Part shown: piece by piece, positions 1 to 10,253 of the stretch
Layout: every line of letters starts with the position of its first letter
How positions within the stretch are numbered: position 1 is the stretch's first letter
NCBI GenBank assembly: GCA_965116875.1
Contig: OZ220733.1
Span: 864,001 to 928,000 of the forward strand
From: Candidatus Latescibacterota bacterium
GTDB lineage: Bacteria > Latescibacterota > UBA2968 > GCA-2709665
DNA length: 64,000 nucleotides
Direction: 5' to 3'
Made by a program: the position numbers and the translations under genes
The notes under the pieces: generated by a model
What the model was told of the DNA's origin: nothing
Databases searched by the model: none
The model's input: the letters and a program-made list of their open reading frames with translations, nothing else

Positions 1-1000
1 CGGCCGCCTGCCACTTGTAGGTGGTGGTTGTATAGGGCCCGGCGCCGTAGTGCGGCGACGTGGCGACGATTCCAATCCGGTTCAACGCGCCCGCTTCGAT
101 CATGTACACGAAATCGAAAAACCAGAGGCTGAAGAGAACGTCGAGGCTCGCGAAATAGGAAAAGCAGATGACGGGCGTGCTGAGGAAGATGAAAAACGGA
201 GGATACTCTTCGGGTAGGAGGTCCCAGATGAAGCGACCGGTTGCCGTGGGAAAGCTGGGGACCATCGGGTGGAACCAGGCGATCATGTTCCACCAGAAGA
301 CGATTGACGTGAGCGCGAATCCCGCCCAGAACACCCTGCCCTTCATGAACTCCGGCAGCCACCTCTCTCCGGAACCGGCCCGTGACGTCATCTCCAGGAC
401 CGGAGCCAGCGCCGGGTACACCAGTTTTTCATGGTCGGCCCACTGGCGGTGCAGGAGAACCGAAATGCAGATGCAGGCAAAGCCCAGTACAAACACGAAC
501 GAGAGCCACCAGAACAGCGGCAGCCCCCAGACGTCCCAGGGAATCGTCGTCCGGCCGGGCAGCCCCTCGTAGAACCAGGACATCGCCAGGCTGTCATTCG
601 TGGGGACCAGCCACCCCGGCAGGTGCGGATGGAGGTACTCCGCCCAGCGGTTCTCCGGCGTCGCGAAATAGTGCGGGGACGCCAACATACCCACCAGGTA
701 CCCGCTGACTCCGTAATTGGGCCCGATGGCGCTGATGACCCCCATGCTGAAGACCGTGATCCATTCCGATGGCGACAGCACAAAGGCGGCGCCGAACCTC
801 CGGGCAAGCACGGCGCAGGCCAGTATCGATACCAGGCAGAGCAACAGGACGCCCATGGGAATCTGGGCGACCATCATGTACGACCCTTTCTGGATGTACC
901 GGGCCGTACAGGCCAGCAGGCTCATGGCCGTCGCAATGCACAGACCGATTACGATCGACCGAAGGGTCACCCTCGCTTCCGGCTGTTTCTCGCCTTTCAC
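1..1000 (-). CDS. DUF6785/DUF6784-like polytopic membrane protein (partial, runs off window start); paralog of 6086..8089
   Basis: Manual translation from GTG at 1000 gives MKGEKQPEARVTLRSIVIGLCIATAMSLLACTARYIQKGSYM..., aligning with the N-terminus of 6086..8089; not in the ORF track because it has no stop inside the window. Confidence 0.8.
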   Translation of the reverse strand, partial: MKGEKQPEARVTLRSIVIGLCIATAMSLLACTARYIQKGSYMMVAQIPMGVLLLCLVSILACAVLARRFGAAFVLSPSEWITVFSMGVISAIGPNYGVSGYLVGMLASPHYFATPENRWAEYLHPHLPGWLVPTNDSLAMSWFYEGLPGRTTIPWDVWGLPLFWWLSFVFVLGFACICISVLLHRQWADHEKLVYPALAPVLEMTSRAGSGERWLPEFMKGRVFWAGFALTSIVFWWNMIAWFHPMVPSFPTATGRFIWDLLPEEYPPFFIFLSTPVICFSYFASLDVLFSLWFFDFVYMIEAGALNRIGIVATSPHYGAGPYTTTTYKWQAA

Positions 1001-1208
1001 GATACGTTACTCATTGTCTTCCTTTGCGGGAGCCGACCTTGATTCGTCATTTTTCGGGGACGTAAAACCGAATATATGCAAGCTGATAAAGGCGATTCAA
1101 CTGCTGATTACCAGGATACACCAGGTCACTGGAAGTTAACGGAAAAAACGTCCTTTTGGACGACCTTTACGCCCCGTTTCAGGTGGTCTTCGTCGCGTCG
1201 CCGAGTTG

Positions 1209-2546
1209 CTATTTTCTACGAATTGGGGCTAACGGATTGATCCAGACGACGGCCCTGCTCCCCCAATCCGTGGACATGACGTCTTCGTAGCCGTCACCGT
1301 CCAGATCCGCCAGCCGGACGATATTCGGCCAGTTGAGGTCCGCGCCGTCACCCAGCCGGGTCGCTTCCCACTCCGTGCCGTCACCCCGCACGTTCCTGAA
1401 AACATAGACCCCGTCTCCGCCATCTGAAGGCGCCACGATATCCAATCGCCCGTCCCGGTCCACGTCTCCGACGGCGAAGGAATAGGCGTGACCCAGGCCG
1501 CCCGCGATTTCATGAAATCTCCATTCCATTCCGGGTCCGAGATTCTCACGCCAGGCCAGATACCCGTTTCGCAGGCTGGTCTCGACGCAGTCCAGGTCCC
1601 CGTCCGCGTCGAGGTCCGCGAATCGCGCATGGACCTGGGAAAGGGGCCTGTCGGAAAAGCGGGCGACCCATCGACGCACCGAATCGGGCGATTCCACGCG
1701 AAGGGAATCCCGCTTCCATTCGGTCCCCTTTCCATCGGCATTGAACAGGAGAAACGGTTGCGATGCGTGCTCGGAGGCGCACACGAGGTCCAGGTCCCCG
1801 TCCCGGTCCACGTCCCCCGCGTCCACGCCGATCAGGGGGGGCAGGTCCACGCGAACCGGCACTTCCTCCCAGGAATCGGATTCGCTGTTTTTCTGACGAA
1901 ACCACCCGACTTTATCCCCCGATTCCGAAATGGAGGTGACCACGATATCGTCGAGACCGTCTCCGTCGACGTCCGCGACCACGGCCCTGACCGGAAGCTC
2001 CAGCGCTTGCGACCTGAGGCTGAGCTTTCTCCAACGTGCCCCGTCCGAAGTCTCGTACAGGACCGTCTCTCCCGACAGATAGCAGGGGACCACAACGGCC
2101 GTGTTCCCGCCGGCCGTGCGACGTACCACGACGGCGTCTTTCGGCGTGACCTGCCGGTCATCCAGCAGATGGATACGTAACGCCAATCCCGAGTCCGGCC
2201 GGGCGGCAAGGTTCTCCAGCCAATAGACCATGCCGTACTCACGGTCCTGGTCCGGGACCTCTTCCCCACCCGACTGAAAGGCCACCACGAGGTCCGGGTC
2301 GCCATCCCGGTCGAAATCGGCGGCGTGAATGCCGTAGGAATTGGCCCCGTCAAGCGATCCACCATCGCCGCGCCCCAGGTCGAATACACGCCAGCGTGCG
2401 GCCGCACTTGCGCCCAATCCCCTGACATTGGGGCTCAGGGTCAGAATCTCCGGAGGGACCTGGGCCGCGGCGGGAACGGCGACGGCGCAGGCAGCGGCCG
2501 CGATCCATCCCGTCCGGAACGCCCGGAAACCGAAATACGACATCAA
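1209..2546 (-). CDS. Secreted FG-GAP/VCBS repeat (beta-propeller) protein
   Basis: Signal-peptide-like N-terminus; repeated DxDxDGDxD motifs (ADFDRDGDPDL, GDVDRDGDLDL, ADLDGDGYED). Confidence 0.85.
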   Translation of the reverse strand: MMSYFGFRAFRTGWIAAAACAVAVPAAAQVPPEILTLSPNVRGLGASAAARWRVFDLGRGDGGSLDGANSYGIHAADFDRDGDPDLVVAFQSGGEEVPDQDREYGMVYWLENLAARPDSGLALRIHLLDDRQVTPKDAVVVRRTAGGNTAVVVPCYLSGETVLYETSDGARWRKLSLRSQALELPVRAVVADVDGDGLDDIVVTSISESGDKVGWFRQKNSESDSWEEVPVRVDLPPLIGVDAGDVDRDGDLDLVCASEHASQPFLLFNADGKGTEWKRDSLRVESPDSVRRWVARFSDRPLSQVHARFADLDADGDLDCVETSLRNGYLAWRENLGPGMEWRFHEIAGGLGHAYSFAVGDVDRDGRLDIVAPSDGGDGVYVFRNVRGDGTEWEATRLGDGADLNWPNIVRLADLDGDGYEDVMSTDWGSRAVVWINPLAPIRRK

Positions 2547-3775
2547 CGCCTCCCCGGCATCTTCGTTGTGTGGATGCGTCCGCCGATCCCGCCCAGCTCC
2601 GCCGGCATCTGTCCGGAAGGACGATCCGCGCAGGGCCGGAAGTCCGGAACCCTCACGACCCTGGACCCTTCCTCGATCGAATCCACCGCCAGCACCGCCG
2701 GCGCCATCGAGTCCATCACCCTGTACACGTCGTATTCAAGCGACTCGCTCTTCAGTATCGCGTCGCGAAAATACATATGCACGTAGTAGTCGGCGTCGCC
2801 GTGGCCGCTTCCCCGCGCCTCCGGGGGCGCATCGGTCCGCTGGTACTGCCAGTCGACCTCCATCCAGTCGTTCATCTGCGTGTCCGCCAGCCACAGTTTC
2901 GGCTTCTCCTTTCCGGACCGCCGCCACTCCACGCTTCCCTTCGTACCGATCATCTGCCACCAGTGGTGGTCTCCGTGCGGCCTGGGCTGGTTGAACCCGT
3001 TCAGCATCCGGATCAGCGTGTCGTTCTCCGTCTTCATCAGCGCCACCTGAATATCCGCGTTGAGCATCTCCGGCGTCGTATAACTGGGCGGCCTGGTGCT
3101 CATGGCCGTGACCTCGGTCACGCGGTCGTCCAGGATCTTCAGCAGTATGCTCAGGTCGTACGAAGCGGAGATGATGTAGGGAAGAAACTGGGGCGTTGCG
3201 GGTTCGGCATCCGGGTGGTCGGCAAGCGCCTCAACCGGGTAATTCTTGCCGGTATTGTAATCCTGGAACCACTGATGGGTGCCGTAGTAACCCAGGTACT
3301 GACCTTCCGCGTACGTGATCTTGCCCAGCATCCCGTCGTCCACCAGCTTCTTCCAGCCGTCCACGAACCCCCAGAACCGCGTCTGCTCCGCGAGGCTGTA
3401 GACCAGTCCCGTCCGCTCCACGTTCGTGACGATACGCCAGCATTCCTCCATCGTCTGGGCTCCCGGCACCTCCGCGTTGACGTGCTTTCCCGCCTCAAGC
3501 GCCTCCGCGGCCAACGTCCCCTGCTCCATCTGTCTGACCACCAGACCCACCGCGTCCATCTCCTCGTACGCCAGGAAATCGTAGTAATTGCCGAATACCT
3601 TCACGTCGTCCCGATATGCGATCTCCGCCAGCGCCCGCTCGTGCAACGGCTCGATCCAGTCGTAGATGGCTGTGATCCGGTAACCCGGGACCCTCTGCAA
3701 AAGCCGGATCCAGTGCAGCCCGCGGTGGCCCAGTCCTGCAACTCCGATTCTGATCTCGTCCATGGTCGTCTCCAT
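2543..3775 (-). CDS. Gfo/Idh/MocA family NAD(P)-dependent oxidoreductase (copy 1)
   Basis: Rossmann IGVAGLGHRG; GKHVNAEVP (EKP-equivalent); GSGHGDADY C-terminal motif. Confidence 0.9.
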   Translation of the reverse strand: METTMDEIRIGVAGLGHRGLHWIRLLQRVPGYRITAIYDWIEPLHERALAEIAYRDDVKVFGNYYDFLAYEEMDAVGLVVRQMEQGTLAAEALEAGKHVNAEVPGAQTMEECWRIVTNVERTGLVYSLAEQTRFWGFVDGWKKLVDDGMLGKITYAEGQYLGYYGTHQWFQDYNTGKNYPVEALADHPDAEPATPQFLPYIISASYDLSILLKILDDRVTEVTAMSTRPPSYTTPEMLNADIQVALMKTENDTLIRMLNGFNQPRPHGDHHWWQMIGTKGSVEWRRSGKEKPKLWLADTQMNDWMEVDWQYQRTDAPPEARGSGHGDADYYVHMYFRDAILKSESLEYDVYRVMDSMAPAVLAVDSIEEGSRVVRVPDFRPCADRPSGQMPAELGGIGGRIHTTKMPGRR

Positions 3776-3859
3776 TCGTTTCTGGCTTGCCGCCCGTTCA
3801 GTTGCGAAAACCGCCGAACCGATACGTACGCGAGACGCCTACCCGCGCCCGCTTCCCCG

Positions 3860-4777
3860 TCACACGGGATCGCGCTCGCAGCCCAGCGCCTGCGCAATCG
3901 CCCGGATGTGCGACGGACCCGCGCCGCAGCACGCGCCGATGAAGTGGATGCCCTCGGCCTTCGCCTTCAACGCGTATTGGGCCATCTCGCTGCCCGACAC
4001 GATCATCGACTCGCGTATCACCGAATTGTTGGGCCCGGCGTTCCGATAGCCCTGCGGCTGATAGGCGATGGGGATATCCACCGCCTCCCGCATCGCCAGG
4101 ACCCCAGGCCACATGGTCATCGAATCGCCGGAGCAGACCAGGCCGACGATATCCGCGCCCTCTTCCGCCAGGACCTTCGCGCACTCCGCCGGCGTGGCGC
4201 CGTCGTGCGTCCGGCTGCTCGAGCCCATCAGCACCATCGCGGGCACGTTGGTTTTCTTGCAGCGCGAAAGGCACAGCCGGGCTTCGTCCAGCCGCGCGAA
4301 CGTCTCCGGCACGAGGAGCCCGGCGCCCGCGTCCACCATCCAGGAAATGTGCTCGTCCCACTCCGCGCATGCCCGCTCGCGCGCCCGGGCATTGTCGGGC
4401 TGGAATATGTACGGCCCCGTCCAGGACCCCGCGGCGGTCTGGTTCAGGCAGCCGGCGACCAGGGCTTCGCCGCCGCATGCCTCCAGTGCCAGCCGGATCG
4501 CGGTGCGGGAAATCTCCTCCAGGCGCGCACCCTCCCCGATTGGGCCGTCGCCCGGTTTGTGGCGGCGTTCGAGTTGGGACCGGCTGGTCCACCAGGTCTG
4601 TGCCTGCAGCACATGGGATCCGGCCCGAAAGAAATCCTGGTGGATCTGACGCAGCGCGTCCGGATCTTCCAGGATCATCTCCGGGGTATCGTATCCCCGC
4701 CACCTCGCCTCGATGATCATCCCGCCGTCGCTCAGAACGACGCCCTCCTCCAGCATTTTCAATATGTCCATGCCCAT
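3860..4777 (-). CDS. Homocysteine S-methyltransferase (BHMT-like) family protein (copy 1)
   Basis: VLSDGG, HQDFFRAGS, ETF, GLVC and IGACCG Zn-ligand motifs. Confidence 0.9.
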   Translation of the reverse strand: MGMDILKMLEEGVVLSDGGMIIEARWRGYDTPEMILEDPDALRQIHQDFFRAGSHVLQAQTWWTSRSQLERRHKPGDGPIGEGARLEEISRTAIRLALEACGGEALVAGCLNQTAAGSWTGPYIFQPDNARARERACAEWDEHISWMVDAGAGLLVPETFARLDEARLCLSRCKKTNVPAMVLMGSSSRTHDGATPAECAKVLAEEGADIVGLVCSGDSMTMWPGVLAMREAVDIPIAYQPQGYRNAGPNNSVIRESMIVSGSEMAQYALKAKAEGIHFIGACCGAGPSHIRAIAQALGCERDPV

Positions 4778-4898
4778 CCTGGCCCTCCTGTACTGGAATC
4801 CAATCGAGTTTCAATATACGCCCCATCGCCGCCGAACGATTCCCGGTTTCCTCCTGCCGGGTCCCCGATACGCCTGGCGTCGATAAATTCTTCGCACG

Positions 4899-5825
4899 CT
4901 ATCGCGGACGGAGTTCAATGTGTTTCCGTTCGCAGTCCAGCGCCTGCGCCATCGATCGAAGGAGCCGGATCACCACGCCGTCCGATCCGCCCACGAAGCG
5001 GATGTCGTGGGCGACCGCCTTCAACGCGTACTGCCCCATTTCAATCCCGTAGACGTGCATGCCTTCCCGCATGTGCTCCCAGTGCGCCCTGCACGTGCGA
5101 TACCCGTTCGGCAGAAAGGCGATGGGCGCATCCACCGCGTCCCGCATTTCCAGCACCACGGGCCACAGGTCCTCCGGTTCCCGCATGCCGCCCCCACCCA
5201 CGACGTCTGCGCCGTCGCCTGCCAGAACGCGCGCGCACTCGGCCGGCGCGACGCCGTCCGCCGTCACTTCATCCTCGCGAAGCCCGGGATTGTTCAATCT
5301 TCCCTCGGGCAATGCGACGTCCACGGATACCACAACCGGCAATGCGCTGTTCCTGCAGCAGGCCAGCGCCAGGCGCGCTTCGTCGAGCCGGTTGAATGAA
5401 TCGCAGACGAGCAGATCCACGCCGGCGTCCGCCATTATCCCAACCTGTTCCTCCCACTCCGTCCGGGCGCGGTTTACGGATCCCGCGTCATCCGCCTGAA
5501 AGGCCCCCGTTGGCGCCAGCGTCCCCGCCACGAGCGCCTCCCCGCCGGCCGCGCGCTTCGCCAGCGAAACAGCCCTCCGGTTCAACGCGTCGACCCGGTC
5601 GCCGTTTGCCCGTTCGCCAAGTCCGGTTCGCGTACACCGGCCCGTCAGGGTTCGGATCACGCCGGCGCCGGCGCGGAAGAAGTCCTGGTGGACGAGCCGC
5701 ACCGCGTCCGGGAAGTCCTCGAGTACGAACGGCGCCGAATATCCGCGAAGCCTCATTTCTTCCACGTTTCCCCCGTCGGCCAGCACGAAGCCTTTTTCAA
5801 GGGATTTCAATACGGACTCTGGCAT
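4899..5825 (-). CDS. HMT-family protein lacking Zn-binding cysteines (copy 2)
   Basis: VLADGG and HQDFFRAGA retained, but VVGGGG replaces GxxC and VGGSDG replaces GxCCG. Confidence 0.85.
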   Translation of the reverse strand: MPESVLKSLEKGFVLADGGNVEEMRLRGYSAPFVLEDFPDAVRLVHQDFFRAGAGVIRTLTGRCTRTGLGERANGDRVDALNRRAVSLAKRAAGGEALVAGTLAPTGAFQADDAGSVNRARTEWEEQVGIMADAGVDLLVCDSFNRLDEARLALACCRNSALPVVVSVDVALPEGRLNNPGLREDEVTADGVAPAECARVLAGDGADVVGGGGMREPEDLWPVVLEMRDAVDAPIAFLPNGYRTCRAHWEHMREGMHVYGIEMGQYALKAVAHDIRFVGGSDGVVIRLLRSMAQALDCERKHIELRPR

Positions 5826-5888
5826 AAAACAACTCCTTTCCTGTTATCATCTCACTACAATCAGCACAGGGTGCTACTCGCAGACCCG

Positions 5889-6085
5889 AAAAGCGGTGAT
5901 AAAACCGGGTAGAGGGGAGACGGAAGACGGGAGAAGAAGCCCTTGCCGATCTGTTCTTCCGACTTGCCTGCGGCTTGGGATGAATCCCTAATCGGCATGC
6001 GATCTCTTCCCTCTCCCGGCTCACGTCTCACCCGGTGGTCGGGCGGGCTGTGGTCCTCTAACGTCTCCCGTCTACCTCTCCCCGC
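5889..6085 (+). repeat. Dispersed repeat family R2 (heptamer-armed, ~140-200 bp), copy A
   Basis: GGGAGAAGAAGCCCTTGCCGAT..CCGACTTGCCTGCGGC core shared with 36313, 41456 and 44379; purine-rich left arm, pyrimidine-rich right arm. Confidence 0.85.
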
Positions 6086-8089
6086 CTAATGCCAGCTGTG
6101 CACCCTGTGACCGGAATTCGGGAACCAGATGGCGTCCACGACCGTGCCCGCGATCACCGCAATGATGTATGCCGTCAGTATCCCGATGAAAAAGGGCAGC
6201 GATCGCCGGTAAAACGCCGTGCCGCCGATCCGGAGCATCAGGAATTTGATCAGCCACGCGACCAGAAGCGTCAGGCTTTCCAGCCTGGCGAATATCGTAC
6301 CCGAGAGCGCGAACCCAACCGGGTGGAGCCGCCATCTGGGCAGCCTGTAACGCATGACGTTCAGGGCCGTCATGATAACCACTCCCCCGAGGAACAGCCA
6401 GTATTCTACGGCCAGGATCGGCCGCGGGTTGCGCAGCGCGTCCACCGCCAGGCCGTAATTCCATTCACCCTCGCGAAGAATCAGCCAGTTCGGCTGGAAA
6501 TTGTACCCGCCCATGGTATAGGCCAGCCAGACCGTATGGAGCGTCGACACCACCGTACCCACCATGAACGCCCCGAAAATTCCCCAGAAAAAGCGCCGCT
6601 TCCCTTCGGGTAGAAAATCTCCCAGGCGGTTCACCTGTGCGACCATCGGCAGCGCGAAACTCCTCGGGTGATTGACCGTGAACGGCAGCAGGCTGGAGGC
6701 GGCGTTCGTTGACGGGTTCAGCCTGTGGGCCCCTCCCAGCGCAAACAGCGCGTAGTCCCAGGCCACCGCCGGGGGATCCACGTACACCAGCCCCGAGTCG
6801 GCGACCACCTTCGCCACGCCCACGTACGCGATGAACATGGCCGGCGTCAACACCAGGATCATTCCCGGCTCCACGCCGATCCGCGCGAGCCACGCGACAA
6901 TATAGACGCAACAGACGACCAGCCCGACAACGGCCGCGCGATAGGATATCCATTCCCTGCTGTCGTCCAGGGCGGAACCGTCCGGGCGTATCGCCTTCCG
7001 GAAGACCTCTCTCAGGTGCCCCCGGGAGATCCAGAGCCACCAGATCACCAGCGCGGCGAAGGCGCCCGCCGTCTGGAATTTGTAGCTCGTGAGGTTGTAC
7101 GGGCCGGAACCGTAGTGCGGGGACGTCGCCACCACTCCCAATCGATTCAGAATGCCGGCTTCGATCATATAGAGGATATCGAAGAACCAGATGCTGAAGA
7201 GCACTTCCAGGTTGGCGAAATAGGAAAAACAGATGACGAAGATGCTCACGTAGACGCAGAACGGGGGATACTGTTTGGGCAGGAGATCCCACACATAGCT
7301 CATGCGGGTGTTTATCACCCTCGGAAACGTCGGATAGAACCAGTGCACCATATTCAGCCAGAAAACCCCCGACGTCAGTCCGAACCCCGCCCAGAATGCC
7401 TTTCCCGTCATGAATTCCGGAAGGACGCGCGCCCCGGACCCGCTCCGGTTCGCCATCTCCAGAACCGGCGTCAGCGCGGGATAGACCAGCTTTTCGTGGT
7501 CCGCCCACTGGCGATGCAGAATCACCGACACGCAGACACATGCGAACCCCAGGACGGCGATGAATATGAACCACCACAGCAGCGGCCCACACCAGTCGTG
7601 CCAGGGTATGGACATCCCGTTCGGGAGCCCTTCGAAAAACAGGGTAATGGACCGATGTTCGTCCGTTGAGATCAACCAGCCGGGAAGATGCGGGTGCAGA
7701 AACTCCGACCATCTGTTCTCGGGTGTGGCGAAGTAGTAGGGAGCCACCATCTGGCTCACAAGATACCCGCTGATACCGTAGGTGGGGCCCATGGCGCTGA
7801 TCAGGCCCATGCCGAAAATCGTGATCCACTCCGCGGGCGCCAGCACGAATCGGCGGCCGAACCATCGGGCAAGCGCCGCGCAGATCAGGATGGACACCAG
7901 AAAGAGAAGAAGGTCGCCCATCGGGATCAGGCTGATGGCCATGTACGACCCGTGCTGAACGTAACGCATCGTATTGGCGAGCAGATTGACCGCGATGGAA
8001 AGCCCGAGCCCGAAAACGACGGCCCGTGTTGTTACGCCGTGACGCACGGAATGTTGTTGCCGCGCTTCCGCCGTGCCGCCCCTGGCCAT
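6086..8089 (-). CDS. DUF6785/DUF6784-like polytopic membrane protein (putative transporter)
   Basis: 667 aa, many hydrophobic segments; YYFATPENRW, QWADHEKLVYP, LHPVGFA motifs. Confidence 0.8.
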   Translation of the reverse strand: MARGGTAEARQQHSVRHGVTTRAVVFGLGLSIAVNLLANTMRYVQHGSYMAISLIPMGDLLLFLVSILICAALARWFGRRFVLAPAEWITIFGMGLISAMGPTYGISGYLVSQMVAPYYFATPENRWSEFLHPHLPGWLISTDEHRSITLFFEGLPNGMSIPWHDWCGPLLWWFIFIAVLGFACVCVSVILHRQWADHEKLVYPALTPVLEMANRSGSGARVLPEFMTGKAFWAGFGLTSGVFWLNMVHWFYPTFPRVINTRMSYVWDLLPKQYPPFCVYVSIFVICFSYFANLEVLFSIWFFDILYMIEAGILNRLGVVATSPHYGSGPYNLTSYKFQTAGAFAALVIWWLWISRGHLREVFRKAIRPDGSALDDSREWISYRAAVVGLVVCCVYIVAWLARIGVEPGMILVLTPAMFIAYVGVAKVVADSGLVYVDPPAVAWDYALFALGGAHRLNPSTNAASSLLPFTVNHPRSFALPMVAQVNRLGDFLPEGKRRFFWGIFGAFMVGTVVSTLHTVWLAYTMGGYNFQPNWLILREGEWNYGLAVDALRNPRPILAVEYWLFLGGVVIMTALNVMRYRLPRWRLHPVGFALSGTIFARLESLTLLVAWLIKFLMLRIGGTAFYRRSLPFFIGILTAYIIAVIAGTVVDAIWFPNSGHRVHSWH

Positions 8090-8104
8090 GGATCCCCCGT
8101 CCGT

Positions 8105-9301
8105 TTACCCAACGCGCAACCCCTCGCCGCCCGGATCCGCCGGAAGCTCGCCTGCCGCCCGGTCCCGGTTCGGGCGAAAATCGGGAACCCGCATCAACCG
8201 GCTCCCTTCCTCGATCGAGTCAATCGCCCGAACTGCCGCGGCAACCGTATCCATGGCCCTGTACACGTCGAATTCCAGCGGCTTCCCCTCGAGGACGGCG
8301 TCGCGAAAGTGCATATGCACGTAGGAATCCGCGTCGCCGTGGCCGCTGCCACGCGCCTCCGGCGGCGCGTCGGTACGTTCGAAGCCCCAATCCACCTCCG
8401 TCCAGTCGTTCATCTGCGCGTCCGCGAACCAGACTTTCGGCTTCTCGCGGCGCGACCGCCGCCACTCCAGGCTGCCCTTCGTGCCGATCATCTGCCACCA
8501 GTGGTGGTCTCCGTGCGGGCGGGGCTGCGTGTGGCCGTCCAGCATGCGAATCAGCGTATCCTTTTCGGTCTTCATCAGCGCCGCCTGTACATCCGGCTTT
8601 CGAATCTGAGGATGCGCATAACTGGGCCGTTTCGTACTCATCGCCGTGACTTCCGTCACCCGGTCGTCCAGGATTTTCAGCAGAATGCTCAGATCGTAGG
8701 AGGAAGCAATAATCGGCGGGGTGTCGTGGGGAAACGTGGGGCTGGCCTCGGGATGGTCCGGCAACTCCTCTATTGAATATTGTTTCCCGGTGCTGTAGTC
8801 CTGGAAAAACTGGTGCGTACCGTAGTACCCCACGTACTGACCTTCGGCATAGGTGATCCTGCCCAGGCGCCCATCGTCCACGAGGCGCTTCCATCCGTCC
8901 ACGAACCCCCAGAACCGCGTCTGCTCCGCCAGGCTGTAGACCAGCCCGGTCTGTTCCACGTTCGTAACGATGCGCCAGCATTCCTCCATCCGGTACGCGC
9001 CCGGCACCTCGCTGTTTACGTGCTTTCCCGCTTCCAGGGCCTCCGCCGCCATTCGCCCGACCTCCGCCTGCCGCACCACCAGGCCCACCGCGTCCATACG
9101 ACTGTATGCGAGGAAATCCTCGTAGCTGCTGAACGCCGCCACCTCGTCGCGATACGAAATCCCGGCGAGCGCTCGCTGCTGCAGCGGTTCGATCCAATCG
9201 TACACCGCCGCGATGCGAAAGCCCGGGATATTCTGCAGCAGCCGGATCCAATGCAGGCCGCGATTGCCGAGCCCCGCGATCCCGATGCGAATTTCGTCCA
9301 T
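8105..9301 (-). CDS. Gfo/Idh/MocA family oxidoreductase (copy 2)
   Basis: Close paralog of 2543..3775; start placed at MDEIRIGIAGLG after a GGAAGGAAAG RBS-like sequence. Confidence 0.9.
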   Translation of the reverse strand: MDEIRIGIAGLGNRGLHWIRLLQNIPGFRIAAVYDWIEPLQQRALAGISYRDEVAAFSSYEDFLAYSRMDAVGLVVRQAEVGRMAAEALEAGKHVNSEVPGAYRMEECWRIVTNVEQTGLVYSLAEQTRFWGFVDGWKRLVDDGRLGRITYAEGQYVGYYGTHQFFQDYSTGKQYSIEELPDHPEASPTFPHDTPPIIASSYDLSILLKILDDRVTEVTAMSTKRPSYAHPQIRKPDVQAALMKTEKDTLIRMLDGHTQPRPHGDHHWWQMIGTKGSLEWRRSRREKPKVWFADAQMNDWTEVDWGFERTDAPPEARGSGHGDADSYVHMHFRDAVLEGKPLEFDVYRAMDTVAAAVRAIDSIEEGSRLMRVPDFRPNRDRAAGELPADPGGEGLRVG

Positions 9302-9335
9302 GTCTTTCCTTCCGTGTCCGAACCGCGACACCGAA

Positions 9336-9422
9336 CCTCAATTCGAAAAAAGACAACCGTTAATTTACCACAAAAAGCACAAAAGGCACAGAAGGTGACG
9401 GTGCGAAAACGGGGTTTTGAGC
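9336..9422 (+). repeat. Repeat family R3 (CCTCAA..TTGAG ends, internal CACAAAAAG/CACAAAAGG nonamers)
   Basis: Near-full inverted copy at 47968..48053; partial copies at 26481, 42597, 51654 and 53420. Confidence 0.8.
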
Positions 9423-9468
9423 CTGTATATATTCGACATTCAGGTCCCAGAATAATTGCGAATCGAAG

Positions 9469-10179
9469 CTAATCGAGTTGAAAACGAATGTAGATGAACA
9501 TCCGCACTTCAACGGCCTCCCGGTTCTGGTACCCTGGAAGATATCGGAAACGCGACAGGGCGTCGAGCGAAGCTTCGTGAAACAGTTCGTGCCCTTTGCG
9601 GACCACGCTGTCCTTGACCCGGCCGTCCTTTCCCACGGTGAATTCCATAAGCACGACGCCCTCCAGGCCGGCCCGCCGCGCTTCCTCCGGATACGCCGGC
9701 TCCACCTGTTCGAGGAGCCTGGGCTTCCGTTCCACAAGGCGGGCGGGCAGGACAACCTCCCCATCCACCTCTTCGTCCCTGAAGGGGGCCGAGACCAGGG
9801 AGTCCCGGGGCGCGGTGAGGCGTATGGATACCGCGTCGAAGTCGAGTTCGGCGGAGGCGGCGACCGTCGACTCCTCGGGAAGCAGGTCGCGGCTGTCCGT
9901 TTCGAGCGGGACCGTCGGCCTGACAAGATCCGGAAGCCGCAGGCCCTGCCGGGTCTCCGGCACGTCAGTTGCCTGAATGAGAATCGGAAGTTTTGCGGGG
10001 GTTGGCGTGCCGAGCCTGAAGGCCGGAAAAGTAAATGCAACGGCCGCGTGCAGGGCGAGCGAAATCCCGATGCACAGGGGGAAGACCTTCCGATACTGCG
10101 CCTTCAAGTCCGCTTCGGGACGGCTGGTCCGGACGATCTTTCCCGTAATCCAGGGTCTGGGAGGCAGCTGTTGTGGCAT
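9469..10179 (-). CDS. tonB: Energy transducer TonB family protein
   Basis: N-terminal TM with SxxxH (SLALH); C-terminal YPEEARRAGLEGVVLMEFTVGKDGRV TonB_C motif. Confidence 0.85.
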   Translation of the reverse strand: MPQQLPPRPWITGKIVRTSRPEADLKAQYRKVFPLCIGISLALHAAVAFTFPAFRLGTPTPAKLPILIQATDVPETRQGLRLPDLVRPTVPLETDSRDLLPEESTVAASAELDFDAVSIRLTAPRDSLVSAPFRDEEVDGEVVLPARLVERKPRLLEQVEPAYPEEARRAGLEGVVLMEFTVGKDGRVKDSVVRKGHELFHEASLDALSRFRYLPGYQNREAVEVRMFIYIRFQLD

Positions 10180-10253
10180 TGTACACTCCACGCTGCCTGC
10201 ACGGCCGGCGTACACGAGTTCGACAAGCGTTTATGGACCACGGCTGCAAAAGC

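Noticed and set aside
997-1014. Five-codon upstream ORF (MSNVS) overlapping the GTG at 1000
   Set aside because: Too short to distinguish a regulatory role from chance or a small frameshift
2570-5395. 941-aa plus-strand ORF
   Set aside because: Antisense shadow of three well-supported minus-strand genes; long shadow ORFs are common in high-GC DNA
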